Under the pieces are notes generated by a model. That model had not been told where the DNA came from. It made no database searches and was given only the letters and a program-made list of their open reading frames with translations. A DNA stretch of 64,000 nt, taken from positions 66,997 through 130,996 of the forward strand of contig JAPOUM010000026.1 of NCBI GenBank assembly GCA_026708645.1, written 5' to 3'. Made by a program: the position numbers and the translations under genes. Shown in pieces: positions 46,030 through 55,102 of the stretch. The DNA comes from Acidimicrobiaceae bacterium (GTDB lineage: Bacteria > Actinomycetota > Acidimicrobiia > Acidimicrobiales > Aldehydirespiratoraceae). Within the stretch, counting starts at the first letter, position 1; the number at the start of each line of letters is the position of its first letter.

Positions 46030-48066
46030 ATGCCCTCAAGCTCAAGCGGCCGCGGCGACTCGCTCGGGCGTTCTGGTGATGCGCGGGCGTGCTCCGGTGT
46101 TGAACTTGGGCATTCCAGCGACGCGCCCGGCTTGCTGAGAGTGGCCGTCTGTCAGATCAACCCGACCGTCGGCGATTTGGATGCGAATGCGGCGCTGATC
46201 GCCGCGGCATTGTCGCGGGCCGAAGCCGGCGGCGCTGATGTTGCCGTCTTCGGTGAACTGGCCCTGACGGGCTATTCGCCCGAGGATCTGGTGTTCCGCC
46301 CCGGATTCGTCTCCGAGGTGCGCGCCACGCTCGAGCAGCTGGCGGCGCAGACTCGTGACTGCGCCGCGGTCGTCGGCTTCGTCGACGGGGCTGGAGAGCA
46401 GTCGCGGCGAGTGCCCGACATGGCCGGCGTCGACAACTTCAACCGCGCCTACAACGCCGCCGCGGTCTGCGCGGCCGGCGAAGTGCGCGGCGTGTGCCGC
46501 AAGCGCCACCTCCCCAACTACGGCGTCTTCGACGAGATGCGCCATTTCAGTGTGGACGCGCAGCCCTCCGCGCTGTTCGAGGTCGGCGGGGCTCTGGTCG
46601 GGGTGACGATCTGCGAGGACGCCTGGGTGCCCGACGGACCGGTGAGCGATCTCGCTCAAGCGGGCGCTCAGGTGGTGTTGAACATCAACGGCTCGCCGTT
46701 CCGTGTCGATAAGCAGGCCGCCCGTGAGCAGGTCATAGGACTGCGCTCCGCCGCGGCGGGAGTCTCGGTGGTGTGCGTCAATCTCGTCGGCGGCCAAGAC
46801 GAGCTCGTCTTCGACGGCGGGTCCTTCGTAGTAGGCGCTAGCGGTGAGACTCTGGCCCGCTGCGCTTCGTTCGCGGAGTCAGTGGACGTATTCGATGTGG
46901 AACTGCGGCCGCGCCGCGCCGCCGCCGTGTCGGGCTCGCAGGCTTCGACGGGGCAGACCGCTGCGCCGGCATCGTCAGGCACTCCCCCCGCGACGCAACA
47001 GCCCTGCATGTCTTCGGATACGGCTACTTCTTCGGGGCCGGTTTCGACGGGGCAGACCGCTGCGCCCGCGTCGTCAGGCACTCCCTCCGCAGCGGATGCG
47101 TCCATCGCGACAGGCCGGTCGGTTGTGTCGGTGACGAGGACGTCGTCGCTGCAGCGCAGTCCCGAGCGCATCGCCGCGCCGCTGGTGCCGCTGCTCGACT
47201 GTCAAGCCCAACGCTGGGCCGCGTTGACTTTGGCCACCCGCGACTACGTCCACAAGAGCGGTTTCAGCGACGTCTGCCTGGGCCTTTCCGGCGGGGTGGA
47301 CTCGTCGTTGACCGCAGCCATCGCAGCGGAAGCTCTCGGTGCTGGTCATGTGCATGGCGTGCTGATGCCGTCACGCAACTCCAGCGGCCATTCGCTGCAA
47401 GACGCCGAGAAGCTTGCTGTCAACCTCGGCATAGATGCTCGAATCGTCGGAATCGAACCGGCCCATGCCGCTCTGGCCGAGATGCTCGAGCCGGCTCTCG
47501 GCGACCGACTGGCGCCCGGCTGTCTCACCGATCAGAACTTGCAGGCGCGTGTGCGCGGGACGACGCTGATGGCGCTGGCCAACGAGAACGGCTGGCTGGT
47601 GCTCACCACCGGCAACAAGAGCGAACTGGCAGCGGGCTATTCGACGCTCTACGGAGACACGGCCGGCGCTTTCGCAGTGATCTCGGACCTCTGGAAGCTC
47701 GAGGTGTATCAGCTGTGCGTCTGGCGCAATCAGCAGGCCGGCCGCGAAATCGTCCCCGGAGCGGTTCTCACCAAAGCGCCTTCGGCGGAGCTGGCGCCGG
47801 GTCAGCGAGACGACCAGTCGCTGCCTCCTTATGAGGTGCTCGACCCGATCCTGCGCGCCTATGTGGAGGAGCTTCGCAGCATTCCTGAGATACAGCAGAC
47901 GCAGCCCGCGGCGGCGGAAGTGGTGGAACGAGTGTGCCGCATGGTCGACGCCGCCGAATACAAGCGCCGCCAGACGCCGATCGGCCCCAGGCTCACGGCA
48001 CGGGCTTTCGGTCGTGACAGGCGCATGCCGATCATCAGCCGCTATCGATCACTCGGCGTTTCGTGA
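46030..48066 (+). CDS. nadE: Glutamine-dependent NAD+ synthetase
   Basis: N-terminal CN-hydrolase domain (LRVAVCQINPTVGDLDAN..FGELALTGYSPEDL..TICEDAW..NGSPF), a Ser/Thr/Ala-rich linker, and the synthetase domain (LGLSGGVDSS P-loop ..TTGNKSELAAGYSTLYGD..). Start uncertain (ATG 46030, TTG 46132 or GTG 46141). Confidence 0.88.
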   Translation: MPSSSSGRGDSLGRSGDARACSGVELGHSSDAPGLLRVAVCQINPTVGDLDANAALIAAALSRAEAGGADVAVFGELALTGYSPEDLVFRPGFVSEVRATLEQLAAQTRDCAAVVGFVDGAGEQSRRVPDMAGVDNFNRAYNAAAVCAAGEVRGVCRKRHLPNYGVFDEMRHFSVDAQPSALFEVGGALVGVTICEDAWVPDGPVSDLAQAGAQVVLNINGSPFRVDKQAAREQVIGLRSAAAGVSVVCVNLVGGQDELVFDGGSFVVGASGETLARCASFAESVDVFDVELRPRRAAAVSGSQASTGQTAAPASSGTPPATQQPCMSSDTATSSGPVSTGQTAAPASSGTPSAADASIATGRSVVSVTRTSSLQRSPERIAAPLVPLLDCQAQRWAALTLATRDYVHKSGFSDVCLGLSGGVDSSLTAAIAAEALGAGHVHGVLMPSRNSSGHSLQDAEKLAVNLGIDARIVGIEPAHAALAEMLEPALGDRLAPGCLTDQNLQARVRGTTLMALANENGWLVLTTGNKSELAAGYSTLYGDTAGAFAVISDLWKLEVYQLCVWRNQQAGREIVPGAVLTKAPSAELAPGQRDDQSLPPYEVLDPILRAYVEELRSIPEIQQTQPAAAEVVERVCRMVDAAEYKRRQTPIGPRLTARAFGRDRRMPIISRYRSLGVS

Positions 48067-48764
48067 CCACAGCGGCGGGATACGGCTACTCCCTGGAGCA
48101 GGCGGCTCGGCTGGTGTGCGCGCTGCGATGGGTGTGCGGACGGCTGTCGGAAATGTTCGAGATCTGGGCTGCCCAGGCAGCGACGGAGGCAGCAGGCGAC
48201 AACTCCGGTAATGCTGACAGGGCTGATAACGCCGGGAGTGCTGCTAATGCCGGGAGTGCTGCCGAAGATGGCAGAGCCGACAGCGCTGGCGACGCTGCCA
48301 GCGCCGGTAACGCTGGCAGCGCTGTGGCGCTGGAACTGCGCCAGCTCGGACGCAGGCTCGCCGACCATCGCGCAGTTCTCGACGGTCTTCAGCCGGATTC
48401 TGAGAGGCTGGCGCCTTGGCGCAGAGCCGCCCCTTCGAACCCGTCGCTGGACGGCGCTCTCGGCGAGATCGAAGCCAGCGGCGACTCGTCGCAGCGTCTC
48501 GGCATTGCCCTGGGTCTGATCCTGCCGCAACTGCTGGACGCCTATGAAAGAATCCGTGAGCGGGCTGCGGGCCACAGCGACGGTGCTCTCATCACGGCAG
48601 CCGCGACGCTCGGCGCCGAGCTTCGAGGACAGCGCCTCGTCGGCGGTGCCGGGCAAAACGAAAGGGAGCAGCTCCGCAGTGTTGTGGGTTCCGCTGAGCG
48701 GATCTTGGCGTCGGCGGGAGGGCTGATCCCAGCAGAGAGCCTGTGCCCTCAAGACTGGCCCTAG
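48063..48764 (+). CDS. Hypothetical protein
   Basis: 233 aa, GTGA overlap with the nadE stop. Helical ends flank an N/A/G/S/D-rich repeat (NAGSA x3). No recognisable motif. Confidence 0.4.
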   Translation: MTTAAGYGYSLEQAARLVCALRWVCGRLSEMFEIWAAQAATEAAGDNSGNADRADNAGSAANAGSAAEDGRADSAGDAASAGNAGSAVALELRQLGRRLADHRAVLDGLQPDSERLAPWRRAAPSNPSLDGALGEIEASGDSSQRLGIALGLILPQLLDAYERIRERAAGHSDGALITAAATLGAELRGQRLVGGAGQNEREQLRSVVGSAERILASAGGLIPAESLCPQDWP

Positions 48765-48871
48765 CCAGGTTGTTCGGAAACAGCCGAACCGTGGGTATCG
48801 TCTAGCGCGGCAATGGCGTGCGAGGCAGCGGTCGTGCGAGGCTGGCTCATTTGACCCGGAGCGGGGGGTAC

Positions 48872-49819
48872 GTGGTTAAGGTCAAGGAGCGAGTCGAACG
48901 AGACGAGGAGGACTTGGTCCGTCTTTATCTCAGCGACATAGGGCAGTATCCGCTCCTCACCAAGGACGACGAAGTCCGGCTGGCACAGGAGATCGAAGCT
49001 GGATCGACGGCCCGCCAAGAGTTGAGGGAGGCCGCTCCCGGCTCATTGAGCGACCACCGTCGCCGGGAACTGCGCCGCAAGGACCGTCGGGGCACGGAGT
49101 CCGAGCGCACCTTCGTGCAGTCGAATTTGCGGCTGGTGGTTTCCATCGCCAAGAAGTATCAGGCTTCGGGCTTGCCGCTTCTGGACTTGATCCAGGAAGG
49201 CAACCTCGGTCTGATGCATGCCGTCGAGAAGTTCGACTGGCGCAAGGGTTTCAAGTTCTCGACGTACGCCACCTGGTGGATACGTCAAGCCATCACCAGA
49301 GGCATAGCCAACACCGGGCGCACCATCCGTCTGCCGGTTCATGCGGGCGACACGCTGGCCCGACTTCAGAAGGCCCGCTCCCGGCTTGAGCTGAAGAACG
49401 GCCGCCCGCCCAGCGTCGGCGAACTGTCCAGAGAAGTGGAGATGCCCGAGGAGAAGGTCATCGAGGCGCTGCGGTTCCATTCTGAGCCGCTGTCGCTGTC
49501 GGAGCCTCTGCATCAGGAGGGCGAGGCTGAGCTCGGTGACATGGTCGAGGATCGCTCGGTCGACTCGCCTTTCGAGACGGCCGCCACCACGATGCTGCCC
49601 AGCGAGGTGGTGCGACTGCTGTCGCCGTTGGATGAGCGAGAGCGCGACATCCTGAAACTGCGCTTCGGCCTCGACCGAGGCGAGTCTCGCACGCTGGAAG
49701 AGGTCGGCGAGCATTTCAACTTGACTCGCGAGCGCATCCGCCAGATCGAGGCGAGAGCAATGTCGAAGCTCCGGCACCCCTCAAGCGATACCGGCGCCCG
49801 CGACCTCCTGAACGTCTGA
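48872..49819 (+). CDS. RNA polymerase sigma factor, principal-like group 2 (SigB-like)
   Basis: DLVRLYLSDIGQYPLLTKDDEVRLAQ (r1.2), DLIQEGNLGLMHAVEKFDWRKGFKFSTYATWWIRQAITR (r2), r3, and LEEVGEHFNLTRERIRQIEARAMSKLR (r4.2). GTG 48872 follows GGAGCGGGGGG. GTG 48818 is an alternative start. Confidence 0.9.
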   Translation: MVKVKERVERDEEDLVRLYLSDIGQYPLLTKDDEVRLAQEIEAGSTARQELREAAPGSLSDHRRRELRRKDRRGTESERTFVQSNLRLVVSIAKKYQASGLPLLDLIQEGNLGLMHAVEKFDWRKGFKFSTYATWWIRQAITRGIANTGRTIRLPVHAGDTLARLQKARSRLELKNGRPPSVGELSREVEMPEEKVIEALRFHSEPLSLSEPLHQEGEAELGDMVEDRSVDSPFETAATTMLPSEVVRLLSPLDERERDILKLRFGLDRGESRTLEEVGEHFNLTRERIRQIEARAMSKLRHPSSDTGARDLLNV

Positions 49820-49917
49820 TTTGAAAGTCTGACCCCGCCAACGGGCGCCGCCAGCCGCCAGCCGGTCATCGCCCCCTGCTAGCCGGTAATCGCCGCCGGA
49901 AGGGGCGCAGACGGCTG

Positions 49918-50289
49918 TCAGGATCGGAGCAGTTTCACATCGTAGGAGCTGATGCGATCGTCACGGGTGACGAGCGTCAGGTTCTCCGCTTGTGCCTGGG
50001 CGATGAGCATCCTGCCGAAGGGGTCTCGGTGGTGCTGCGGCAGCCGCGCCGCGATCCGACAGTGGGTGAAGCCGATCGACAGATGTTCGAAGTCCTCATC
50101 GATCACAGAATCAAGATCAACCGGCGCCGAGAGTTTGCCGAGAGACTGTTTGATTCCGATCTCCCAGATGCTTGCGGCACTTACCCATACCGCATTGTCG
50201 GGTTCGGCTATGGCCTGCGCCGATGCCGGCGAGAGTTCGTGGCCGGCGAGCCACCACAGCAGCGTGCAGGTGTCGAGAAGCAGGCTCAC
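49918..50289 (-). CDS. vapC: Type II toxin VapC (PIN-domain ribonuclease)
   Basis: GTG at 50289, 2 nt after the antitoxin stop. LLLDTCTLLWW (Asp1), SIWEIGIK (Glu), RDPFGRMLIAQA (Asp), LVTRDDRI (Asp). Confidence 0.85.
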   Translation of the reverse strand: MSLLLDTCTLLWWLAGHELSPASAQAIAEPDNAVWVSAASIWEIGIKQSLGKLSAPVDLDSVIDEDFEHLSIGFTHCRIAARLPQHHRDPFGRMLIAQAQAENLTLVTRDDRISSYDVKLLRS

Positions 50290-50291
50290 TC

Positions 50292-50540
50292 CTAGACCTC
50301 GAAGCTGTCCTCGAAGGCTTCGATGAGCCACTCCGGAGTTTCTGCGAAGTCGGGCGCCATCTCGATGGCGCCGGCCAGGCGACCCGGCTTTCTCGGTGCC
50401 CGCCGGGGCCGGTATGCGCAGAGTCGAGCGACAGGGCGTCCAGCTCGCCCGAGAACTATCTCTTCGCCTCGCTCGACCCGGTCGAGGAGTTTCGACAGGT
50501 TGGTCTTGGCTTCGTAGACGTTGACAACAGCTTCTCCCAC
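50292..50540 (-). CDS. Type II antitoxin, Phd/YefM (prevent-host-death) family
   Basis: GTG 50540 is preceded by GGGAGG-N6. VNVYEAKTNLSKLLDRVERGEEIVLGRAGRPVARL is the canonical Phd/YefM N-terminal fold signature. Confidence 0.8.
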   Translation of the reverse strand: MGEAVVNVYEAKTNLSKLLDRVERGEEIVLGRAGRPVARLCAYRPRRAPRKPGRLAGAIEMAPDFAETPEWLIEAFEDSFEV

Positions 50541-50958
50541 GGTTCGCCTCCCGCTCTCTTGTATCACTTGAACTCCCCTTTTTGACCTAGTCAGACCAGA
50601 TCATATCAGATGATGCGATCACAGACTCGGGGCTACTGTTCGGAGATGTCCAGGAGGGTGTCAGGTGCTAGGTGCTCGCAGCCGCTCGTTGTGAATGTGC
50701 CGAATTCGGCATCTACCCTGTTCGCCTGCTTGAATGTAGAGCCGTGACTGAAGGCCGTCGACCGCATCCGCAGCGGCACTGGGAGCAGGTGCGTCCCGGG
50801 CGGAGCTCCGCAAGCGGAGACTTCGCGAAGATGTTCAGAGGGTTGCCGCGAGGTTGATCTCGTGACAGCGGGTCCTCCGTGTCAGGGTCATTCGAGCCTG
50901 AACAACCATTCGCGCCGGACTGATCCTCGGAATCGGCTGTATCTGACCGTGCCGGCGT

Positions 50959-51399
50959 ATGCGGTTGCGTGCTCGGCGAAGGCGGTGGCCATTGACTGAA
51001 CTCACCGACGAGAATCGCCGGCGCATCCGATGGCTGTTCGACAACGATGAGCACGACTTGGCTCTCCATGAGCGCCCGAAGTGCCACCAAGACGGCACCA
51101 GCTACAACTCTGTTTACGGACGCATGTATGCGGATCGCCCCGCGCCGACGATCACGACTGGCTTCATGACGCCGGGAAGAGGCCGTTTCGTGCATCCGAG
51201 CGAGCCGCGGACACTGAAGCCCGCTGAAGCCGCCCGACTGCAGGGCTTCCCGGACACGTACTGTTTCAGGCCCGAACCTCAGCGGCCGGCGACCCGATCC
51301 CAACTGGCAAAATGGATCGGTGATGCGGTGGCGATGCCGCTCGGCTATGCGGCTGCGATCAGCGCCCTCGCCCCGAACCTCGACGACTTCAAGAGCTAG
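50959..51399 (+). pseudogene. C-terminal remnant of a DNA (cytosine-5) methyltransferase
   Basis: ..YGRMYADRPAPTITTGF..GRFVHPSEPRTLKPAEAARLQGFPDTYCF (motif IX region) and ..QLAKWIGDAVAMPLGYAAA (motif X, GNAV-like). Motifs I (FxGxG) and IV (PCQ) are absent. A possible decayed ENV-like stretch (LVVNVPN, ending in a stop) lies at ~50680-50750 in another frame. Confidence 0.7.
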
Positions 51400-51624
51400 C
51401 CGCCTGCGATCCTGCATCGGCATTTGCCGCTGGGTGGCCCTGACGTTCGATGCGCGCGGCAGCAGCGGTCAGGCGGAGCGGCTCGGTGTTGGTCCCGCTT
51501 GCGTGTCTGTAGGCGGTGATTTGAGCGGCCAAAGCGTTGCACGTTGACTGCGACTCTGCGCGCTGATGGTGTCTCCGAGCTTTAGCTGTGCCGTTGTTCA
51601 GGTTGGCCGTCCCAGGTAGAGCAT

Positions 51625-51717
51625 CTTGCTGTTGAAGAACAGCTTGATTTGATTTTTGAATAAGATTTTTGATTGAGATAGGTGTGAATGTCACACCCAT
51701 GTCCTATACTGTTGTTC
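51625..51717 (+). promoter_or_regulatory. Conserved upstream module of DUF222-HNH copy B: A+T-rich tract, palindrome GGTGTGA-N3-TCACACC, TATACT 7 nt before the ATG
   Basis: ..GATTTTTGATTGAGATAGGTGTGAATGTCACACCCATGTCCTATACTGTTGTTC-ATG. Palindrome at 51681-51697, TATACT at 51705-51710, ATG at 51718. Near-identical to the module at 40272-40365 on the opposite strand. Confidence 0.6.
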
Positions 51718-53580
51718 ATGGTTTTGGAAGCCGTCGAACGAGCCGAAACAGCCGCCGCCGACCTGCTGGCCGCGGTCAACGCAGGTGCTGCGTCCACCGC
51801 CGAATTGTGCAGGGTGCTGGCCGCGACCCGATGCATCGCAGCCGCGGTCAACGCCGCGCAGACCGTCGCCGCGGAGTTGATCGCCCGGCGGGAGCGTCAC
51901 GGCGACGGCGGCACCGAGATACTGGCGTCGGCTGCGGGGCTGTCTCAGCGGGCGGCCCATGATCAGGTCGCCACAGCCGCGGCGCTGCGTCAGGTGCCGA
52001 GACTGCGTGACGCGGTGCAAGCCGGTGACGTGCCGCAGGCCAACGCTCGGCGTTTGGCTGACGCGATCACCAAGACCGGCCCTGAGGCCGTCGCTGGCGA
52101 CTCGGAGTTGTTGGCGCAAGCTCAGTCGATGCGTCCCGAGCAGTTCGCAAAAACCGCGCAACGCTGGATCGGGGCGCAACAGGCTGATGGCGGCACAGCG
52201 GAGTATCTGCGCCAGCGCGCCAAGCGGTATCTGAGGATATTCGACACAGACGACGGGATGGTGTGCCTGCACGGCGAGTTCGACAAGATCACCGGCACAC
52301 GCCTGCACAACCGGCTGCGCCACACTGCCAGCAGACTGCTCGACGCCGACAAGAAACTCCCCGAGGAGCAGCGACGCAAGTTCCCGCAGTGCATGGCAGA
52401 CGCCTTGCAGCACTACACCACCCGAACAAGCCCCGGCGGCGGTCAGAACGCAGCCACCGCAAACAGCAGCACCGGCTGCGGACGAGATCGTCGCGGCGGA
52501 GACGCAGCGGCCAGTGACGCCCCGGTGAGCAGCGTCTGCGCCAGCCGCGCGACCGCAAGCCCAGGCAACGCCAGCGGTGACGGAGACAGCGACGGTCGCG
52601 TCAGGAATCTCCGAGAACTCGGGATCGCAGGCCCAGGCAACGGTGACAGCACCGGTTGCGGGTGCGCTCCACCCCCTTGCAACACAGACGCCGCGACCCG
52701 CATCGGCGCGGGACTCGACGGCAGCGGAGACGCTCGAACCGGCAACCCACAAACCGGCGAGACAGCCACAACCAGCAGCGGAAACGCGTCCGGCGGCACA
52801 GCCACCGGCTGCGGCGATCCGGAGGCTGGACCCGCCAGCGCAGAAACCTGTCACGGCGCCGGTTGCGGTTGTGCTCAACCCCCTCGTAATACAGACGCTG
52901 GCAAAGCTGCGGTCATCGGCAACGTTGACAGCGCCGTGACCGGCGCGGCCGACGACGATGACGCAAACGCCGGCAGCGCCACAGGTGGTGGTGGCGCCGC
53001 TGCCGGTTGGGTCGCTGACATCACGGTGCTGGCCCATGTGGACGACGCCACCGGCGAACTGATCGGCGAATTGTCTGACGGATCGAAACTCCCGGCAGCA
53101 GTGCTCGAAGAACTGTCGTGCAATGCTCGCTGGGCCGGGTTGGTGTTCGACCGTGCCGGTGACGCGATCTGGCGCAGCCGGTCACGACGCACAGTCACAG
53201 ACACGCAATGGCAGGCCCTGCTCGCTACATATGGCGGCTGCTTCCACTGCGGTGCGCCGGCGGGCATGTGCCAAGCTCATCACATCACCCCCTACTCACA
53301 AGGAGGCGCCACCAACCTCAAGAATCTGATCATGGTCTGCTGGAACTGCCACCACAAGATCCATCACCACAACTGGCAGATCGAAAAGCATCTCGACGGC
53401 AGTCACAGCCTGCACCCGCCCGACGACACAGCCACAGCCACGAATCCCCGTTACGGGCCGGCCCACGCCCAAGAACCAGAACCCCCGCAGCGTCGAAAGC
53501 GACCGCCGGCCAGACCTGAGAACACAACACAGCGGACCAGAACCCGCGCCAGAGATCCGGCGTCGGCCACGCTGTGGTGA
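51718..53580 (+). CDS. DUF222 / HNH endonuclease protein (REP13E12-like), copy B
   Basis: Start at ATG 51718 (MVLEAVERAE.., parallel to MVLEDARQAA.. of copy A). Long blocks are near-identical to copy A (ELIARRERHGDGG(A/T)EILAS..SMRPEQFAKTAQRWIG..DDGMVCLHGEFDKITGTR..AGWVADITVLAHVD..CFHCGAPAGMCQAHHITPYSQGG..LIMVCWNCHHKIHHHNW). The low-complexity middle is divergent. Confidence 0.9.
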   Translation: MVLEAVERAETAAADLLAAVNAGAASTAELCRVLAATRCIAAAVNAAQTVAAELIARRERHGDGGTEILASAAGLSQRAAHDQVATAAALRQVPRLRDAVQAGDVPQANARRLADAITKTGPEAVAGDSELLAQAQSMRPEQFAKTAQRWIGAQQADGGTAEYLRQRAKRYLRIFDTDDGMVCLHGEFDKITGTRLHNRLRHTASRLLDADKKLPEEQRRKFPQCMADALQHYTTRTSPGGGQNAATANSSTGCGRDRRGGDAAASDAPVSSVCASRATASPGNASGDGDSDGRVRNLRELGIAGPGNGDSTGCGCAPPPCNTDAATRIGAGLDGSGDARTGNPQTGETATTSSGNASGGTATGCGDPEAGPASAETCHGAGCGCAQPPRNTDAGKAAVIGNVDSAVTGAADDDDANAGSATGGGGAAAGWVADITVLAHVDDATGELIGELSDGSKLPAAVLEELSCNARWAGLVFDRAGDAIWRSRSRRTVTDTQWQALLATYGGCFHCGAPAGMCQAHHITPYSQGGATNLKNLIMVCWNCHHKIHHHNWQIEKHLDGSHSLHPPDDTATATNPRYGPAHAQEPEPPQRRKRPPARPENTTQRTRTRARDPASATLW

Positions 53581-54177
53581 ACGCAGCACCAAACATGAAA
53601 GCATGCCATCAACCAGACCAGAGCTGCAGCCACAAATCCCGAACCCGAGACCAGAGCTATGGTCCGCGACCCTGCCCTATGGTGATCGTTCAGCGGTCGG
53701 AGGGTCGGCGCTGGGGTCGAAAGGCAACCTAGGTGTCGAGCCGTCGGGCTCACGCTCGGCAACAGCCAGAGACAGCGCGACCCCGCAGAGCGGCTCGACG
53801 CTGCGCGGCACCAGAGTGTCAGGCTCAGCGTCCCGACCAGAAAGAAGATGGGGCGGCCCTCTATGCATCTCGGCTTTCAGCCACGCTGTGTCAGGCTCAG
53901 CGTCCCCATCAGAAACAAGATGGAGACCCCCCCCATACGACGGCCCGTTCGGCGGTTCTGTGTCTTCACAGGCGCACTAAGCGGCGCGCTTGCAAGACCC
54001 CGTCCATGCGGCGGGCCGGGCGGCCGGGTCGGCTCGGTGCCTTCACTCTGATCTGAACCACGAAGAGCCAGTTCGACGGAGACTTGCTTTACGGCGACTT
54101 GCTTTACGGCGACTTGATCGCCTGCGCGATCAGCGATTCACAGTTTCCGCTGGCTGGCTAGACGGAGTTAGCTCGCT

Positions 54178-55062
54178 TTAGGCTTGTGCGACTTGGAGGG
54201 TCTTGGAGTTGTGGGAGATGAGGGCTTGCCAGGCTGATTTCACGGTCAGCACAGCCACGAACACGACCACCGTCGCCAGGGCCATGGTGGCGCCGGCCGC
54301 AGTGTCGTGGTGGTAACTGATCAGAAGACCGATCACCGACGAGGCGGCGCCTAGGCCGGCGGCGGCGACCATGATGCGAGGGACACGCCGCACCAACAGC
54401 ACCGCAGTGGCGGGCGGAGCGATCAAGAAGGCGAACACCAGCAGGTTGCCCACCACCTCGAACGAGGCGATGATCGACAGCGCCAACAGCGCCAGCAGCA
54501 CGCCGTGGGCGAAGCGTGGCCGCAGGCCGAGGACTGCCGCCTGAGCCTGGTCGAACGTCATCACCAGGAACGCCCGGTAGAACACCACCACCCCGCCGAC
54601 TGAGATCACCGCAGCGACGGCCTGCTGGCGGAGATCGGCTGCGTTGACTCCGGTGATCGAACCGAACAAGAAGCGGTTGAGATCGCCGCTGTAGGCGCCC
54701 GAAGCGCTGGACATTATGGCGACCGCCAGTGACAGGAAGCCAACGAACAGCACTCCGATGGAAGTGTCCTCAGGCAGCGGCGAGTGGCTGCGGATCAGGT
54801 TGATCCCCCAGACCATGGCCATGGCCGCCACGAAAGCGCCGATGGTGGTGTCCACTCCGATGATGAAGGCCAGAGCAATTCCCGGCAGCACGCCGTGGGC
54901 GAGGGCGTCACCCAGGAAGCTCATGCCTCTCAGCACCACCCAGGTGCCGACCACCGACGTGGTGAGCACTACCAGCAGCGCAGCGTAAAGAGCGCGCTGC
55001 ATGAAGACGTTCGTGGTGAACGGCTCTATCCACCACGCCGCCGGGTCGGTCAGGAACTCCAC
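54178..55062 (-). CDS. znuB: Metal (Zn/Mn) ABC transporter permease, ABC-3 family
   Basis: 294 aa with ~8 predicted TM helices. ..FMQRALYAALLVVLTTSVVGTWVVLRGMSFLGDALAHGVLPGIALAF.. is characteristic of ZnuB/MntB/TroCD permeases. Confidence 0.88.
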   Translation of the reverse strand: MEFLTDPAAWWIEPFTTNVFMQRALYAALLVVLTTSVVGTWVVLRGMSFLGDALAHGVLPGIALAFIIGVDTTIGAFVAAMAMVWGINLIRSHSPLPEDTSIGVLFVGFLSLAVAIMSSASGAYSGDLNRFLFGSITGVNAADLRQQAVAAVISVGGVVVFYRAFLVMTFDQAQAAVLGLRPRFAHGVLLALLALSIIASFEVVGNLLVFAFLIAPPATAVLLVRRVPRIMVAAAGLGAASSVIGLLISYHHDTAAGATMALATVVVFVAVLTVKSAWQALISHNSKTLQVAQA

Positions 55063-55102
55063 GCCGTGATGTTCTAGCGCTGTTCGAGCGCTGCTGTGCT
55101 TG

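Noticed and set aside
50672-50857. 61-aa ORF upstream of the dcm remnant as a possible small regulator (C-protein-like)
   Set aside because: It has no HTH pattern. The region is better explained as frame-scrambled debris of the 5' two thirds of the C5-methyltransferase gene.
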